Below, piece after piece: positions 24,097-35,318 of a stretch of 45,379 nucleotides of DNA. Below the pieces are notes generated by a model. The model was not told the DNA's origin and made no database searches. It was given only the letters and a program-made list of their open reading frames with translations. A program made the translations under genes and the position numbers. The stretch spans positions 1 to 45,379 of the forward strand of contig NW_021834812.1 in NCBI RefSeq assembly GCF_006345805.1, in the 5' to 3' direction. The first letter of the stretch is position 1. Every line of letters begins with the position of its first letter. This DNA is from Octopus sinensis. Lineage: Eukaryota.

Positions 24097-24177
24097 CAGT
24101 AATCCCGCGACTATCGCGAGTTTTACGTTCCAAAAACACCCGCGATAGGTGAACCGCAATATGGCGAGGGATTATTG
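24097..24177. mobile_element. 81-bp Tc1/mariner-pogo-type MITE with TA TSD
   Basis: TA|CAGTAATCCCGCGACTATCGCG ... CGCAATATGGCGAGGGATTATTG|TA imperfect terminal inverted repeats. Confidence 0.75.
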
Positions 24178-24335
24178 TATGTGTATATCTCTCTTTCTAC
24201 CTCTCTTTTTCTCATTATCTATCTATCTCTCTGCATCTATCTATCTATCCATCTACTATATGTGTGTGTGTGGGGGGGAGTGTGTATGTGTGTGTGTGGG
24301 GGGGCGAGTGTGTATGTGTGTAGGGGGGGGCGAGT

Positions 24336-24389
<54 letters not shown>

Positions 24390-24426
24390 GTGTATACTTA
24401 TATATAAATCATACATGTATATGTTT

Positions 24427-24487
<61 letters not shown>

Positions 24488-24490
<3 letters not shown>

Positions 24491-24794
24491 GAGGCGCTAT
24501 AGCCTAGTGGTTAGGGCAGCGGACTCGCGGTTTCGATTCCCAGACCGGGTGTCGTGTGTGTATTTATGGAGCGAAAACACCTAAAAGCTCCACGAGACTC
24601 CGACAGGGAAGGAGCCACCCTTGTTGCCTTCTTTCGCCCCAACTTCCTCTCACTCTCTCTTCCTGCTTGTTGAGTAACGCTGCGATGGACTGGCGTCCCG
24701 TCCAGCTGGCGGGGGTGGGCACATACGCCATAGAAACTGGGAAACCGGGCTCATGAGCCAGGCTAGGCTTGAAAAGGGCGCATAAATAATAAAT
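24488..24794 (+). mobile_element. SINE head A + tail Y
   Basis: Head as at 6013 (GAGCGAAAACACCTAAAAGCTCCACGAG) joined to GAGTAACGCTGCGATGGACTGGCGTCC...AAAAGGGCGCAT as at 19206. Confidence 0.85.
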
Positions 24795-24913
24795 ATATAT
24801 ATATATATTATATGTGTTGAGAATTTTATATCGCACGTTCATATATATATCTACATATTTATACGCATACGTCCGCATCTGTGCGTGCGCGCGTGTATTG
24901 CAGCCTATGTGTG

Positions 24914-24946
<33 letters not shown>

Positions 24947-25537
24947 TGTGTGTGTGTGTGTATGAACGTGGTTGCGTATGTATTTGTAAATGAACTGAAG
25001 GGCATAATATTTAAGGCACATGCGTGTGTACATACGTGTTTGTGAGTATTTGTGTCTATGTGTGCGCGTGCATGCTTGTGTGTGTGTGTGTGTGTGTGTT
25101 GATACAACCCCTCTTCAGTAACTCTAATCCTACCGGAAATACCCACTTGTGATTCCGGATAACAATTTGCTCTTAGTGTCCAATACGACCAAAGCGTACG
25201 TTCATGCGTCAACAGAAACCGAAATTCGACTGTTTCCGCTCGTTGACCCTTGCCAACGAATATTTCCCAAACCCTTCATTGATTCAGCTCATATTTCTGC
25301 TCCTTCAAAACACATTTATTATAAACAAAACCAATTAAGAATTTTTTTTTCAAAAACTGTCCATATCCATAACTGTCATCAATTTACCTTTTTCTGAAGA
25401 AAAAAAAAAGAGGTGGGGTTGGAGTGATGAGGACAGAGATTCTACCCGGTCGTTCCACTTGCAAGATATACCGATCAAGTACCCCTTTAAATCACATCCG
25501 GCCATTCTTATTAGAAAAGGGCACAATGTGGGATTAT

Positions 25538-26133
25538 ATATTTCTGTATTGCCCACAAGGGGTTAAACATAGAGGGGACAAACAAGGACAGACAAAGGGA
25601 TTAAGTCGATTAGATCGATCCCAGAGTGTAACTGGTACTTTATTTATCGACCCCGAAAGGATGAAAGGCAAAGTCGACCTCGGCGAAATTTGAACTCAGA
25701 ACGTAACGGCAGACGAAATACGTATTTCTTACTACCCACAAGGGGTTAAACACAGAGGGAACAAACAAGGACAGACGAACGGATTAAGTCGATTACATCG
25801 ACCCCAGTGCGTAACTGGTGCTTAATTTATCGACCCGAAAGGATGGAAGGCAAAGTCGACTTCGGCGTAATTTGAACTCAGAACGTAGCGGCAGACGAAA
25901 TACCTTTTCTTTACTACCCACAAGGGGCTAAACACAGAGAGGTTAAACAAGGACAGACGAACGGACTAAGTCGATTATATCGACCCCAGTGCGTAACTGG
26001 TACTTATTTAATCGACCCCGAAAGGATGATAGGCAAAATCGACCTCGGCTGAATTTGAACTCAGAACGCAGCGGCGGACGAAAGACAACAAAGCATTTCG
26101 CCCGGTGGGCTAACGTTTCTGCCAGCTCGCCGC
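25538..26133 (-). mobile_element. Trimeric Meta-like SINE flanked by a single 16-bp TSD
   Basis: CACAATGTGGGATTAT at 25522-25537 and 26134-26149; one full and two head-truncated units. Confidence 0.9.
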
Positions 26134-26154
26134 CACAATGTGGGATTATGTGTA

Positions 26155-26615
26155 CGCATGGCTCAGTGGTTAGAGGGTAACAACTAAAAAATAACATGTA
26201 TATAAGGGTATGTAATCATGAGGTAGTAAGTTCTATTCCCGGACTGTGTTGTGTTCTTGAGCAAGACACTTTATTTTCACGTTGTTGCAGTTCAGGTATC
26301 TGTAGAAATGAGTTGTGACATCACTGGTGCCAAACTCCATCAGTCTTTGCCTTTCTCTTGGATAACACTGGTGGCGTGGAGACAGAAGGCTGGTATGCAC
26401 GGGCAACTGCTGGTCTTCCATAAACAACACTGCCTTGACTTGTGCCTCGGAGAGGAACTTTCTAGGTGACTAGAGCGTCGGGTTCACGATCACGGGATAG
26501 AGAGTTCGATTCCCAGACCGAGCTGCGTTGTGTTCTTGAGCAAGAAATAAGTTCTCAGCTGCAGAAAAAAGTTGTGACGTCACTGTGTCGGCATTTAGCT
26601 TCCCCTTGGATAACA
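26155..26615 (+). mobile_element. Two degenerate head-B SINEs with a further tail type
   Basis: gtgttcttgagcaaga occurs twice (about 26250 and 26530), each followed downstream by gttgtgac(a/g)tcactg. Confidence 0.6.
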
Positions 26616-26816
26616 TATATATATATGTTTATGTATATATTATGCATGTACGTTTGACTTGCACATGCAAAAGTGTAAAACTTATTTGCAATGCAAGAAG
26701 CCTCTCCAATACCTTTCTCATTCGTTTGCTTCCTGTCTCCCCCCTTTGTTGTCCCTGGTTTCCTTCTCCCAGTGACATTCCGATTTACATGTGGAATTCA
26801 TCACCTTGATGTCGTC

Positions 26817-26848
<32 letters not shown>

Positions 26849-27046
26849 GTGGTGAGAGAGAGAGAGAAAGAGAAAGAGAAAGAGAAGGGGAGAAAGCAAG
26901 ATAGAGTACACATGCATATAGCTCTCTATATATTCGTACTTATTTTCAATGAATATATAACTATGTAAATATAAAGGATTTTTTATGAAGTACATACGAA
27001 CATGTGTATACATGCACACACACACACACACACACACATGTATATA

Positions 27047-27432
27047 GGCGTAGGCGTGGATGTGCGGTAAGAAGTGTACTTCCCAACTACATGGTTCTGG
27101 GGTCAGTCCCGTTGCGTGGCACCTTTGGCAAGTGTCTTCTACTATAGATAGCGTCGGACCAACCAAAACCTTGTGAGTGGATCTTATAGACGGAAACTGA
27201 AAGAAGCCCATCTTATATGAGCATGTGTGTGTTTGTATATGTGTTGGTGTCCCACTACTGACAACCGGTGTTGGTGTATTTATGTCCCCGTGACTTAGCG
27301 GTTCAGCTAAAGAGACCGTTAGAAAACGTACCAGGCTTTACAAAATATTAAGCACTGAGGTCGGTAAATTCGATTAAAATTTTTCAACGCAGTGCTGCAG
27401 CATGGCCACAGTCTTATAACTGAAAGGAATAA
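27047..27432 (+). mobile_element. CORE-like SINE, diverged
   Basis: Same family as 8948. Confidence 0.85.
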
Positions 27433-27499
27433 GTATAAATATATATAATGACACCTCCTTCTATTCCCCTCTGCCCTCTAACCCCACACGTAGCTACCA

Positions 27500-28420
27500 A
27501 CAGACGGTATCCTCACTGTCCAAGACTCATCATCTCGTCCTCCCCGTCTCCCCCGCACCGCATCCAACCTAATTGTGCGAACCCCACGTACCCCCCACCA
27601 TTTACTTCCTCCCCAAAATCCACAAACCCAACAACCCTGGCCGCCCCATCGTCTCCGCCTGTAACTGCCCCACGGAGCTCATCTCTAAATACCTCGACCG
27701 TGTGTCCTTGCCCCCCTAGTGGCATCTTTCCCCCACATCCACGATACCAACCATGCTCTCCGGCTTTTCAACTCTTTCTCCTCCTCCCGGCTCCTCCAAA
27801 ATCCTTTTTACTATGGACATCCAAAGCCTCTATACTGTTATCCCTCACCACGAAGGACTGCAGGCCTTCGACACTTTCTTGACCTCCGCTCTAACCCTGC
27901 CTGACACCTCCACACTCATTCGTCTGGCCGAACTTGTCCTTACTCTGAACTGCTTCTCGTTCGCGGGCGAGTTCTACCATCAGGTCTCGGGAGTGGCCAT
28001 GGGAACGCGAATGGGCCCCAACTATGCGAACCTGTTCGTTGGCTATGTTGAGGCCCAAATATCTCTAATTTCACTGGTCCCACTCCTGAACTATATGGTC
28101 GTTATATTGACGACATTATCGGTGCCACCTCCTCTCCGCGAACATCTAGATTCCTTCCTCTCTTTCGTCCAATCTTTCCATCCAGCCCTCCACTTCACTT
28201 CCACTATCTCCAACACCTCTGTCTCCTTCCTCGACATTTCGGTTAGCATTCTTCACTCCACTCTTACCACCCTCCATTCACTACAAACACACAGACTCAC
28301 ACTCATACCTCAACTTCTCTTCCTCCCACCCAGAACACACCAAGCTTTCCATCCCCTATTCCCAATTCCTCCGTCTACGTAGGCTCTGTAGTGACGACCA
28401 TGACTTTGAGACTCAGTCTC
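27500..28420 (+). pseudogene. PLE reverse transcriptase, frameshifted
   Basis: [56 protein letters not shown] (shifted frame), VSFLDI, TDSHSYL, HPEHTKLSIPYSQFLRLRRLCS. Confidence 0.92.
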
Positions 28421-28759
28421 AACGTATGGCTCACCACTTCACCCTACGTGGATACCCCCTCACCACTATCCACACCGCCCTTGCCAGAGCACGGTCCGTG
28501 GACCGTGTTCTGCTGCTCTTCTCCCCGAACCCGCCCTGTAGTCTCCGCCTCCCTTTTCCCCTCACTTACCACCCCACGACCCTACGTCTCCAACGCACCA
28601 TTCTTCGAGCTTTCCGTCATCTCCAGTCCGACCCGTCCACTTCACACCTCTTCCCTAACCGACCCCTCCCCTCTTTCAAACGAGCCCACAACCTTCGAGA
28701 CCTTTTGGTCCATAGCTCCTTCCCTGACCTACCTCCCAACCCGGCTCGTTCCCTGCCTC

Positions 28760-29140
28760 TCCGCCCACGTTGCCGCACTTGCCCTACCTCTCCAACACCA
28801 CCCGCCTCACTAGCACCCACCATCGACCCTATCCCATCATCCACTCCTTCACCTGCACCTCCAGCAATATTATCTATTGCATCTCTTGCTCTCTCTGCAA
28901 TTCCTTGTACATCGGACAAACGGGACGCCGCTTGGCTGACCGGTTCGCGGAACACCTTCGTGACATCCACCTTGTGAACGACACACCGGTCTCACGCCAT
29001 TTCCGCTCCACCGGTCACTCCTTGCAACACCTATCTGTGTTCGGTTTGTCCTTACACAGAGGCCATCCGGATTCCCGTTTTGCGCCGTGAACAGGAATTA
29101 ATCTTCTCTCTTCGCTCTTATACGCCATTTGGTCTCAACT
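28760..29140 (+). pseudogene. PLE Cys/His linker and GIY-YIG endonuclease, frameshifted
   Basis: CRTC, HSFTCTSSNIIYCISCSLCNSLYIGQTGRRLADRFAEH, VSRHF, RREQELIFSL..YTPFGLN. Confidence 0.92.
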
Positions 29141-29955
29141 CTCCCCCCCCCTCCTATCTAACCCCCCTCTCCCTCCTCACCTTATCCTTTCCGCCCGACC
29201 CCTACTGTATTCCAGTCCTTCATCCTTTCACCCCTACTTCCCCTTCCCTTCTTCCCTCTTTCCCCCCTCTTCCCCTTCCCTCTGCTCCCTCACTCCCTCT
29301 CTCCCCCCTTCTCTCTCCCCTCTCCCTCTTTTCCTCCTTCATCCCCCTCCTCCCCCCTCTCCTCTTCTCCCTCCTCATCCTCCCCCCTCCCCCTCTTCTC
29401 CTCACTACACCACATGACTTTACACATCACATCACATATGATGTGCCATACTAATACACACACCAACTAATACATACTAATACGTACTAATACATACTAG
29501 TACATACTAATACTTACACCAACCCTATACATACACACGTCCAGACCCCGCATACGCACTTATACTTACACACACACACACACACACACCTATACATACC
29601 AATACGTACTAATACATACTAATACATACTAATACATACACCAACCCCATACATACGCACGTCCAGACCAATCTTACGCACTAATACTCTCTCATACACA
29701 CCACACACACACACACACACCCTTATACATACTAATACATACACCAACCCTATACATACACACATCCAGACCCCTCCCACGCACTTTTAGCTGGTCCCTC
29801 AACCCTTTTATCAACCCTATTATCTCCCTTATTTCGCTCTCGCGTCTCATGTTTGATCTTTGACCTCTGGCCGAATCAGATCGCCATGTTGATTCGTTAG
29901 CTACTGCACGCATTTTTTTTCTCTCCTTCTTTCTGTGTTTTTCTCTCTCTGTGTA

Positions 29956-29992
29956 TCTTCTGTTGAAGAGCGTAGGCTCGAAACGTTAAAGA
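29956..29992 (+). ncRNA. Minimal hammerhead-like motif, atypical core (A6U plus an extra A)
   Basis: UCUU CUGUUGAA GAGC GUAG GCUC GAAAC GUU AAAGA; ACGU palindromic stem III; stem I imperfect in this copy. Confidence 0.5.
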
Positions 29993-30098
29993 CTTGTTTT
30001 ATTTATATTTCCTGAGCGCCATACTAATACAATTGTTCGTTGTTTTCCACCTGCCTTCGTCTTTTGTTTATTTTCATAAAGCTTCCCGTTATTATATA

Positions 30099-30135
<37 letters not shown>

Positions 30136-30137
<2 letters not shown>

Positions 30138-30254
30138 ATTTAAAGCAGCAGAAAATTCAACAAAACCTGTTACTCTGAGTTTCCCGTTGCCGTTACGGCA
30201 ACAGGAAACTCAGAGAGTAACAGGTTTTGTTGAATTTTCTGCTGCTTTAAATAA
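30136..30254. repeat. Near-perfect hairpin (57/59-bp arms, 3-nt loop) within a ~200-bp (AT)n-flanked element (30133-30329)
   Basis: Arms 30136-30192 and 30196-30254; one substitution and one 2-nt indel. Confidence 0.92.
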
Positions 30255-30326
30255 AGCATATTACTCTACCACTGGTATTTGAGTACTCTTTTTTCCACCT
30301 TGTTTCACATTTATGTGTTTTACTCC

Positions 30327-30374
<48 letters not shown>

Positions 30375-30397
30375 ATATATTATATATATATATATAG

Positions 30398-30512
30398 TGA
30401 GATTTACAAAAACAAAAGACGTAGACGGGTGGGTGTGTACACAACAATCAGATGTATTGTTTAACGGTGGGGAAGTGAGAAAGTCTTTTACGTTTCGAGT
30501 CTACGCTCTTCG

Positions 30513-30515
<3 letters not shown>
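30398..30515 (-). mobile_element. Truncated copy of the PLE terminal segment between (AT)n tracts; hammerhead 5' half missing
   Basis: Minus strand GAAGAGCGTAGACTCGAAACGTAAAAGAC, homologous to 29960-30110. Confidence 0.7.
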
Positions 30516-30556
<41 letters not shown>

Positions 30557-30738
30557 CAATAAGGGTTCAGCAACGAATTGCCTTACCACATACCGAATTT
30601 AGAAATAGCAGTCAAAGGGTTATAGCTATTTCTTCTACTAAAAAGGGAGATCTCAGTAAAAACAGCAATTGGAAGGCTGACACAAACAGGTAAGAGAGAA
30701 TGAATTAACCGCAATCTATCAAACATTTTAAAAAGTTA

Positions 30739-30844
30739 TCCACGGACGTACGTTTCGAAATCAAGTTTTAGGAAAGCATAAGAATTAAAATATTAAATAT
30801 TAAATAATTCTATCTTACCGAAACTTCTTTCTCTTCAGCGTGGA
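30739..30844 (-). ncRNA. Type-I hammerhead ribozyme, array copy 1
   Basis: UCCACG CUGAAGA GAAA...UUUC GAAAC GUAC GUC CGUGGA. Confidence 0.85.
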
Positions 30845-31341
30845 ATACTATAATCATAAATGATTATATATTGAATTTTGAGATACTAGGATGGTACCCA
30901 ACTCAACTCAGTATCAGAGCGAGCTAGAATCCTCAACTAGTATCACCGAATTCAAATTTGTGAATGAAACGATTGTGTCAACAGCCCCTTCCCACCCGCG
31001 TGTAGCCAAAACAAGATGCTGTTGTAGTCATCTACTGAGATAAAATATGGTTATCCGTAATAATGAAGGGTGAAATTAATTAATTTGGAATAATTATCAA
31101 TTACACCAAGTAGTCTTCGGCATGTAAAAGCCTCATTTGAGGAAAATTTAAGTAATACTAAGCAATAAGGGTTCAGCAACGAATTGCCTTACCACATACC
31201 GAATTTAGAAATAGCAGTCAAAGGGTTATAGCTATTTCTTCTACTAAAAAGGAGATCTCAGTAAAAACAGCAATTGGAAGGCTGACACAACAGGTAAGAG
31301 AGAATGAATTAACCGCAATCTATCAAACATTTTTAAAGTTA

Positions 31342-31448
31342 TCCACGGACGTACGTTTCGAAATCAAGTTTTAGGAAAGCATAAGAATTAAAATATTAAA
31401 TATTAAATAATTCTATCTTACCGAAACTTCTTTTCTCTTCAGCGTGGA
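31342..31448 (-). ncRNA. Type-I hammerhead ribozyme, array copy 2
   Basis: Same fold; canonical core intact. Confidence 0.87.
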
Positions 31449-31938
31449 ATACTATAATCATAAATGATTATATATTGAATTTTGAGATACTAGGAGGTAC
31501 CAACTCAACTCAGTATCAGAGCGAGCTAGAATCCTCAACTAGTATCACCGAATTCAAATTTGTGAATGAAACGATTGTGTCAACAGCCCCTTCCCACCCG
31601 CGTGTAGCCAAAAACAAGATGCTGTAGTCATCTACTGAGATAAAATATGGTTATCCGTAATAATGAAGGGTGAAATTAATTAATTTGGAATAATTATCAA
31701 TTACACCAAGTAGTCTTCGGCATGTAAAAGCCTCTGAGGAAAATTTAAGTAATACTAAGCAATAAGGGTTCAGCAACGAATTGCCTTACCACATACCGAA
31801 TTTAGAAATAGCAGTCAAAGGGTTATAGCTATTTCTACTAAAAAAGGGAGATCTCAGTAAAAACAGCAATTGGAAGGCTGACACAAACAGGTAAGAGAGA
31901 ATGAATTAACCGCAATCTATCAAACATTTTTAAAGTTA

Positions 31939-32042
31939 TCCACGGACGTACGTTTCGAAATCAAGTTTTAGGAAAGCATAATATAAATATTAAATATTAA
32001 ATAATTCTATCTTACCGAAACTTCTTTCTCTTTCAGCGTGGA
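31939..32042 (-). ncRNA. Hammerhead, array copy 3 (core reads CUGAAAGA, one extra A)
   Basis: Plus strand reads ctctttcagcg rather than ctcttcagcg; real mutation or homopolymer sequencing error. Confidence 0.6.
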
Positions 32043-32536
32043 ATACTATAATCATAAATGATTATATATTGAATTTTGAGATACTAGGAGGTACCAACTC
32101 AACTCAGTATCAGAGCGAGCTAGAATCCTCAACTAGTATCACCGAATTCAAATTTGTGAATGAAACGATTGTGTCAACAGCCCCTTCCCACCCGCGTGTA
32201 GCCAAAACAAGATGCTGTAGTCATCTACTGAGATAAAATATGGTTATCCGTAATAATGAAGGGTGAAATTAATTAATTTGGAATAATTATCAATTACACC
32301 AAGTAGTCTTCGGCATGTAAAAGCCTCATTTGAGGAAAATTTAAGTAATACTAAGCAATAAGGGTTCAGCAACGAATTGCCTTACCACATACCGAATTTA
32401 GAAATAGCAGTCAAAGGGTTATAGCTATTTCTTCTACTAAAAAGGGAGATCTCAGTAAAAACAGCAATTGGAAGGCTGACACAAACAGGTAAGAGAGAAT
32501 GAATTAACCGCAATCTATCAAACATTTTTAAAGTTA

Positions 32537-32642
32537 TCCACGGACGTACGTTTCGAAATCAAGTTTAGGAAAGCATAAGAATTAAAATATTAAATATTAA
32601 ATAATTCTATCTTACCGAAACTTCTTTTCTCTTCAGCGTGGA
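32537..32642 (-). ncRNA. Type-I hammerhead ribozyme, array copy 4
   Basis: Same fold; canonical core intact. Confidence 0.87.
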
Positions 32643-33139
32643 ATACTATAATCATAAATGATTATATATTGAATTTTGAGATACTAGGAGGAGGTACCAA
32701 CTCAACTCAGTATCAGAGCGAGCTAGAATCCTCAACTAGTATCACCGAATTCAAATTTGTGAATGAAACGATTGTGTCAACAGCCCCTTCCCACCCGCGT
32801 GTAGCCAAAACAAGATGCTGTAGTCATCTACTGAGATAAAAATATGGTTATCCGTAATAATGAAGGGTGAAATTAATTAATTTGGAATAATTATCAATTA
32901 CACCAAGTAGTCTTCGGCATGTAAAGCCTCATTTGAGGAAAATTTAAGTAATACTAAGCAATAAGGGTTCAGCAACGAATTGCCTTACCACATACCGAAT
33001 TTAGAAATAGCAGTCAAAGGGTTATAGCTATTTCTTCTACTAAAAAGGGAGATCTCAGTAAAAACAGCAATTGGAAGGCTGACACAAACAGGTAAGAGAG
33101 AATGAATTAACCGCAATCTATCAAACATTTTTAAAGTTA

Positions 33140-33246
33140 TCCACGGACGTACGTTTCGAAATCAAGTTTTAGGAAAGCATAAGAATTAAAATATTAAATA
33201 TTAAATAATTCTATCTTACCGAAACTTCTTTTCTCTTCAGCGTGGA
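33140..33246 (-). ncRNA. Type-I hammerhead ribozyme, array copy 5
   Basis: 6-bp stem I, CUGAAGA, GAAA/UUUC stem II enclosing 68 nt, GAAAC, ACGUACGU palindrome, GUC site. Confidence 0.87.
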
Positions 33247-33737
33247 ATACTATAATCATAAATGATTATATTGAATTTTGAGATACTAGGAGGTACCAAC
33301 TCAACTCAGTATCAGAGCGAGCTAGAATCCTCAACTAGTATCACCGAATTCAAATTTGTGAATGAAACGATTGTGTCAACAGCCCCTTCCCACCCGCGTG
33401 TAGCCAAAACAAGATGCTGTAGTCATCTACTGAGATAAAATATGGTTATCCGTAATAATGAAGGGTGAAATTAATTAATTTGGAATAATTATCAATTACA
33501 CCAAGTAGTCTTCGGCATGTAAAAGCCTCATTTGAGGAAAATTTAAGTAATACTAAGCAATAAGGGTTCAGCAACGAATTGCCTTACCACATACCGAATT
33601 TAGAAATAGCAGTCAAGGGTTATAGCTATTTCTTCTACTAAAAAGGGAGATCTCAGTAAAAACAGCAATTGGAAGGCTGACACAAACAGGTAAGAGAGAA
33701 TGAATTAACCGCAATCTATCAAACATTTTTAAAGTTA

Positions 33738-33844
33738 TCCACGGACGTACGTTTCGAAATCAAGTTTTAGGAAAGCATAAGAATTAAAATATTAAATATT
33801 AAATAATTCTATCTTACCGAAACTTCTTTTCTCTTCAGCGTGGA
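33738..33844 (-). ncRNA. Type-I hammerhead ribozyme, array copy 6
   Basis: Same fold; canonical core intact. Confidence 0.87.
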
Positions 33845-34335
33845 ATACTATAATCATAAATGATTATATATTGAATTTTGAGATACTAGGGGTACCAACT
33901 CAACTCAGTATCAGAGCGAGCTAGAATCCTCAACTAGTATCACCGAATTCAAATTTGTGAATGAAACGATTGTGTCAACAGCCCCTTCCCACCCGCGTGT
34001 AGCCAAAACAAGATGCTGTAGTCATCTACTGAGATAAAATATGGTTATCCGTAATAATGAAGGGTGAAATTAATTAATTTGGAATAATATCAATTACACC
34101 AAGTAGTCTTCGGCATGTAAAAGCCTCATTTGAGGAAAATTTAAGTATACTAAGCAATAAGGGTTCAGCAACGAATTGCCTTACCACATACCGAATTTAG
34201 AAATAGCAGTCAAAGGGTTATAGCTATTTCTTCTACTAAAAAGGGAGATCTCAGTAAAAACAGCAATTGGAAGGCTGACACAAACAGGTAAGAGAGAATG
34301 AATTAACCGCAATCTATCAAACATTTTTAAAGTTA

Positions 34336-34441
34336 TCCACGGACGTACGTTTCGAAATCAAGTTTTAGGAAAGCATAAGAATTAAATATTAAATATTAAA
34401 TAATTCTATCTTACCGAAACTTCTTTTCTCTTCAGCGTGGA
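34336..34441 (-). ncRNA. Type-I hammerhead ribozyme, array copy 7
   Basis: Same fold; canonical core intact. Confidence 0.87.
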
Positions 34442-34935
34442 ATACTATATCATAAATGATTATATATTGAATTTTGAGATACTAGGAGGTACCAACTCAA
34501 CTCAGTATCAGAGCGAGCTAGAATCCTCAACTAGTATCACCGAATTCAAATTTGTGAATGAAACGATTGTGTCAACAGCCCCTTCCCACCCGCGTGTAGC
34601 CAAAACAAGATGCTGTAGTCATCTACTGAGATAAAATATGGTTATCCGTAATAATGAAGGGTGAAATTAATTAATTTGGAATAATTATCAATTACACCAA
34701 GTAGTCTTCGGCATGTAAAAGCCTCATTTGAGGAAAATTTAAGTAATACTAAGCAATAAGGTTCAGCAACGAATTGCCTTACCACATACCGAATTTAGAA
34801 ATAGCAGTCAAAGGGTTATAGCTATTTCTTCTACTAAAAGGGAGATCTCAGTAAAAACAGCAATTGGAAGGCTGACACAAACAGGTAAGAAGAGAGAATG
34901 AATTAACCGCAATCTATCAAACATTTTTAAAGTTA

Positions 34936-35041
34936 TCCACGGACGTACGTTTCGAAATCAAGTTTTAGGAAAGCATAAGAATTAAAATATAAATATTAAA
35001 TAATTCTATCTTACCGAAACTTCTTTTCTCTTCAGCGTGGA
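34936..35041 (-). ncRNA. Type-I hammerhead ribozyme, array copy 8
   Basis: Same fold; canonical core intact. Confidence 0.87.
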
Positions 35042-35318
35042 ATACTATAATCATAAATGATTATATATTGAATTTTGAGATACTAGAGAGGTACCAACTC
35101 AACTCAGTATCAGAGCGAGCTAGAATCCTCAACTAGTATCACCGAATTCAAATTTGTGAATGAAACGATTGTGTCAACAGCCCCTTCCCACCCGCGTGTA
35201 GCCAAAACAAGATGCTGTAGTCATCTACTGAGATATATATATTAATGTCAAATAGTGAGAATGAGTTCCCAACACCGCATTGGTGGATAAAATTTCTTCC
35301 CTTGTGTACGATTGGTTC

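Larger units (their letters stand above)
27447..30110 (+). mobile_element. 5'-truncated Penelope-like element (Neptune-type linker) with a putative 3' terminal repeat ending in (AT)n
   Basis: RT and GIY-YIG motifs, then a C-rich/simple-repeat spacer and a 29780-30110 segment with a hammerhead-like motif. Attachment of the terminal segment to the ORF is inferred from position. Confidence 0.85.
30554..35235 (-). repeat. Tandem array of about 7.8 x ~600-bp hammerhead-containing units (retrozyme-like or PLE terminal-repeat concatemer)
   Basis: Cleavage-site C at 30745, 31348, 31945, 32543, 33146, 33744, 34342, 34942 (spacing 597-603). Copies differ mostly by small indels in homopolymers. (AT)n at both ends. 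Confidence 0.95.

Noticed and set aside
30940-30990. Second, plus-strand hammerhead in the array unit (AUUC/GAAU-GAAAC...GUC), which would suggest symmetric rolling-circle replication
   Set aside because: Core position reads UCACCGA and no stem I complement exists.
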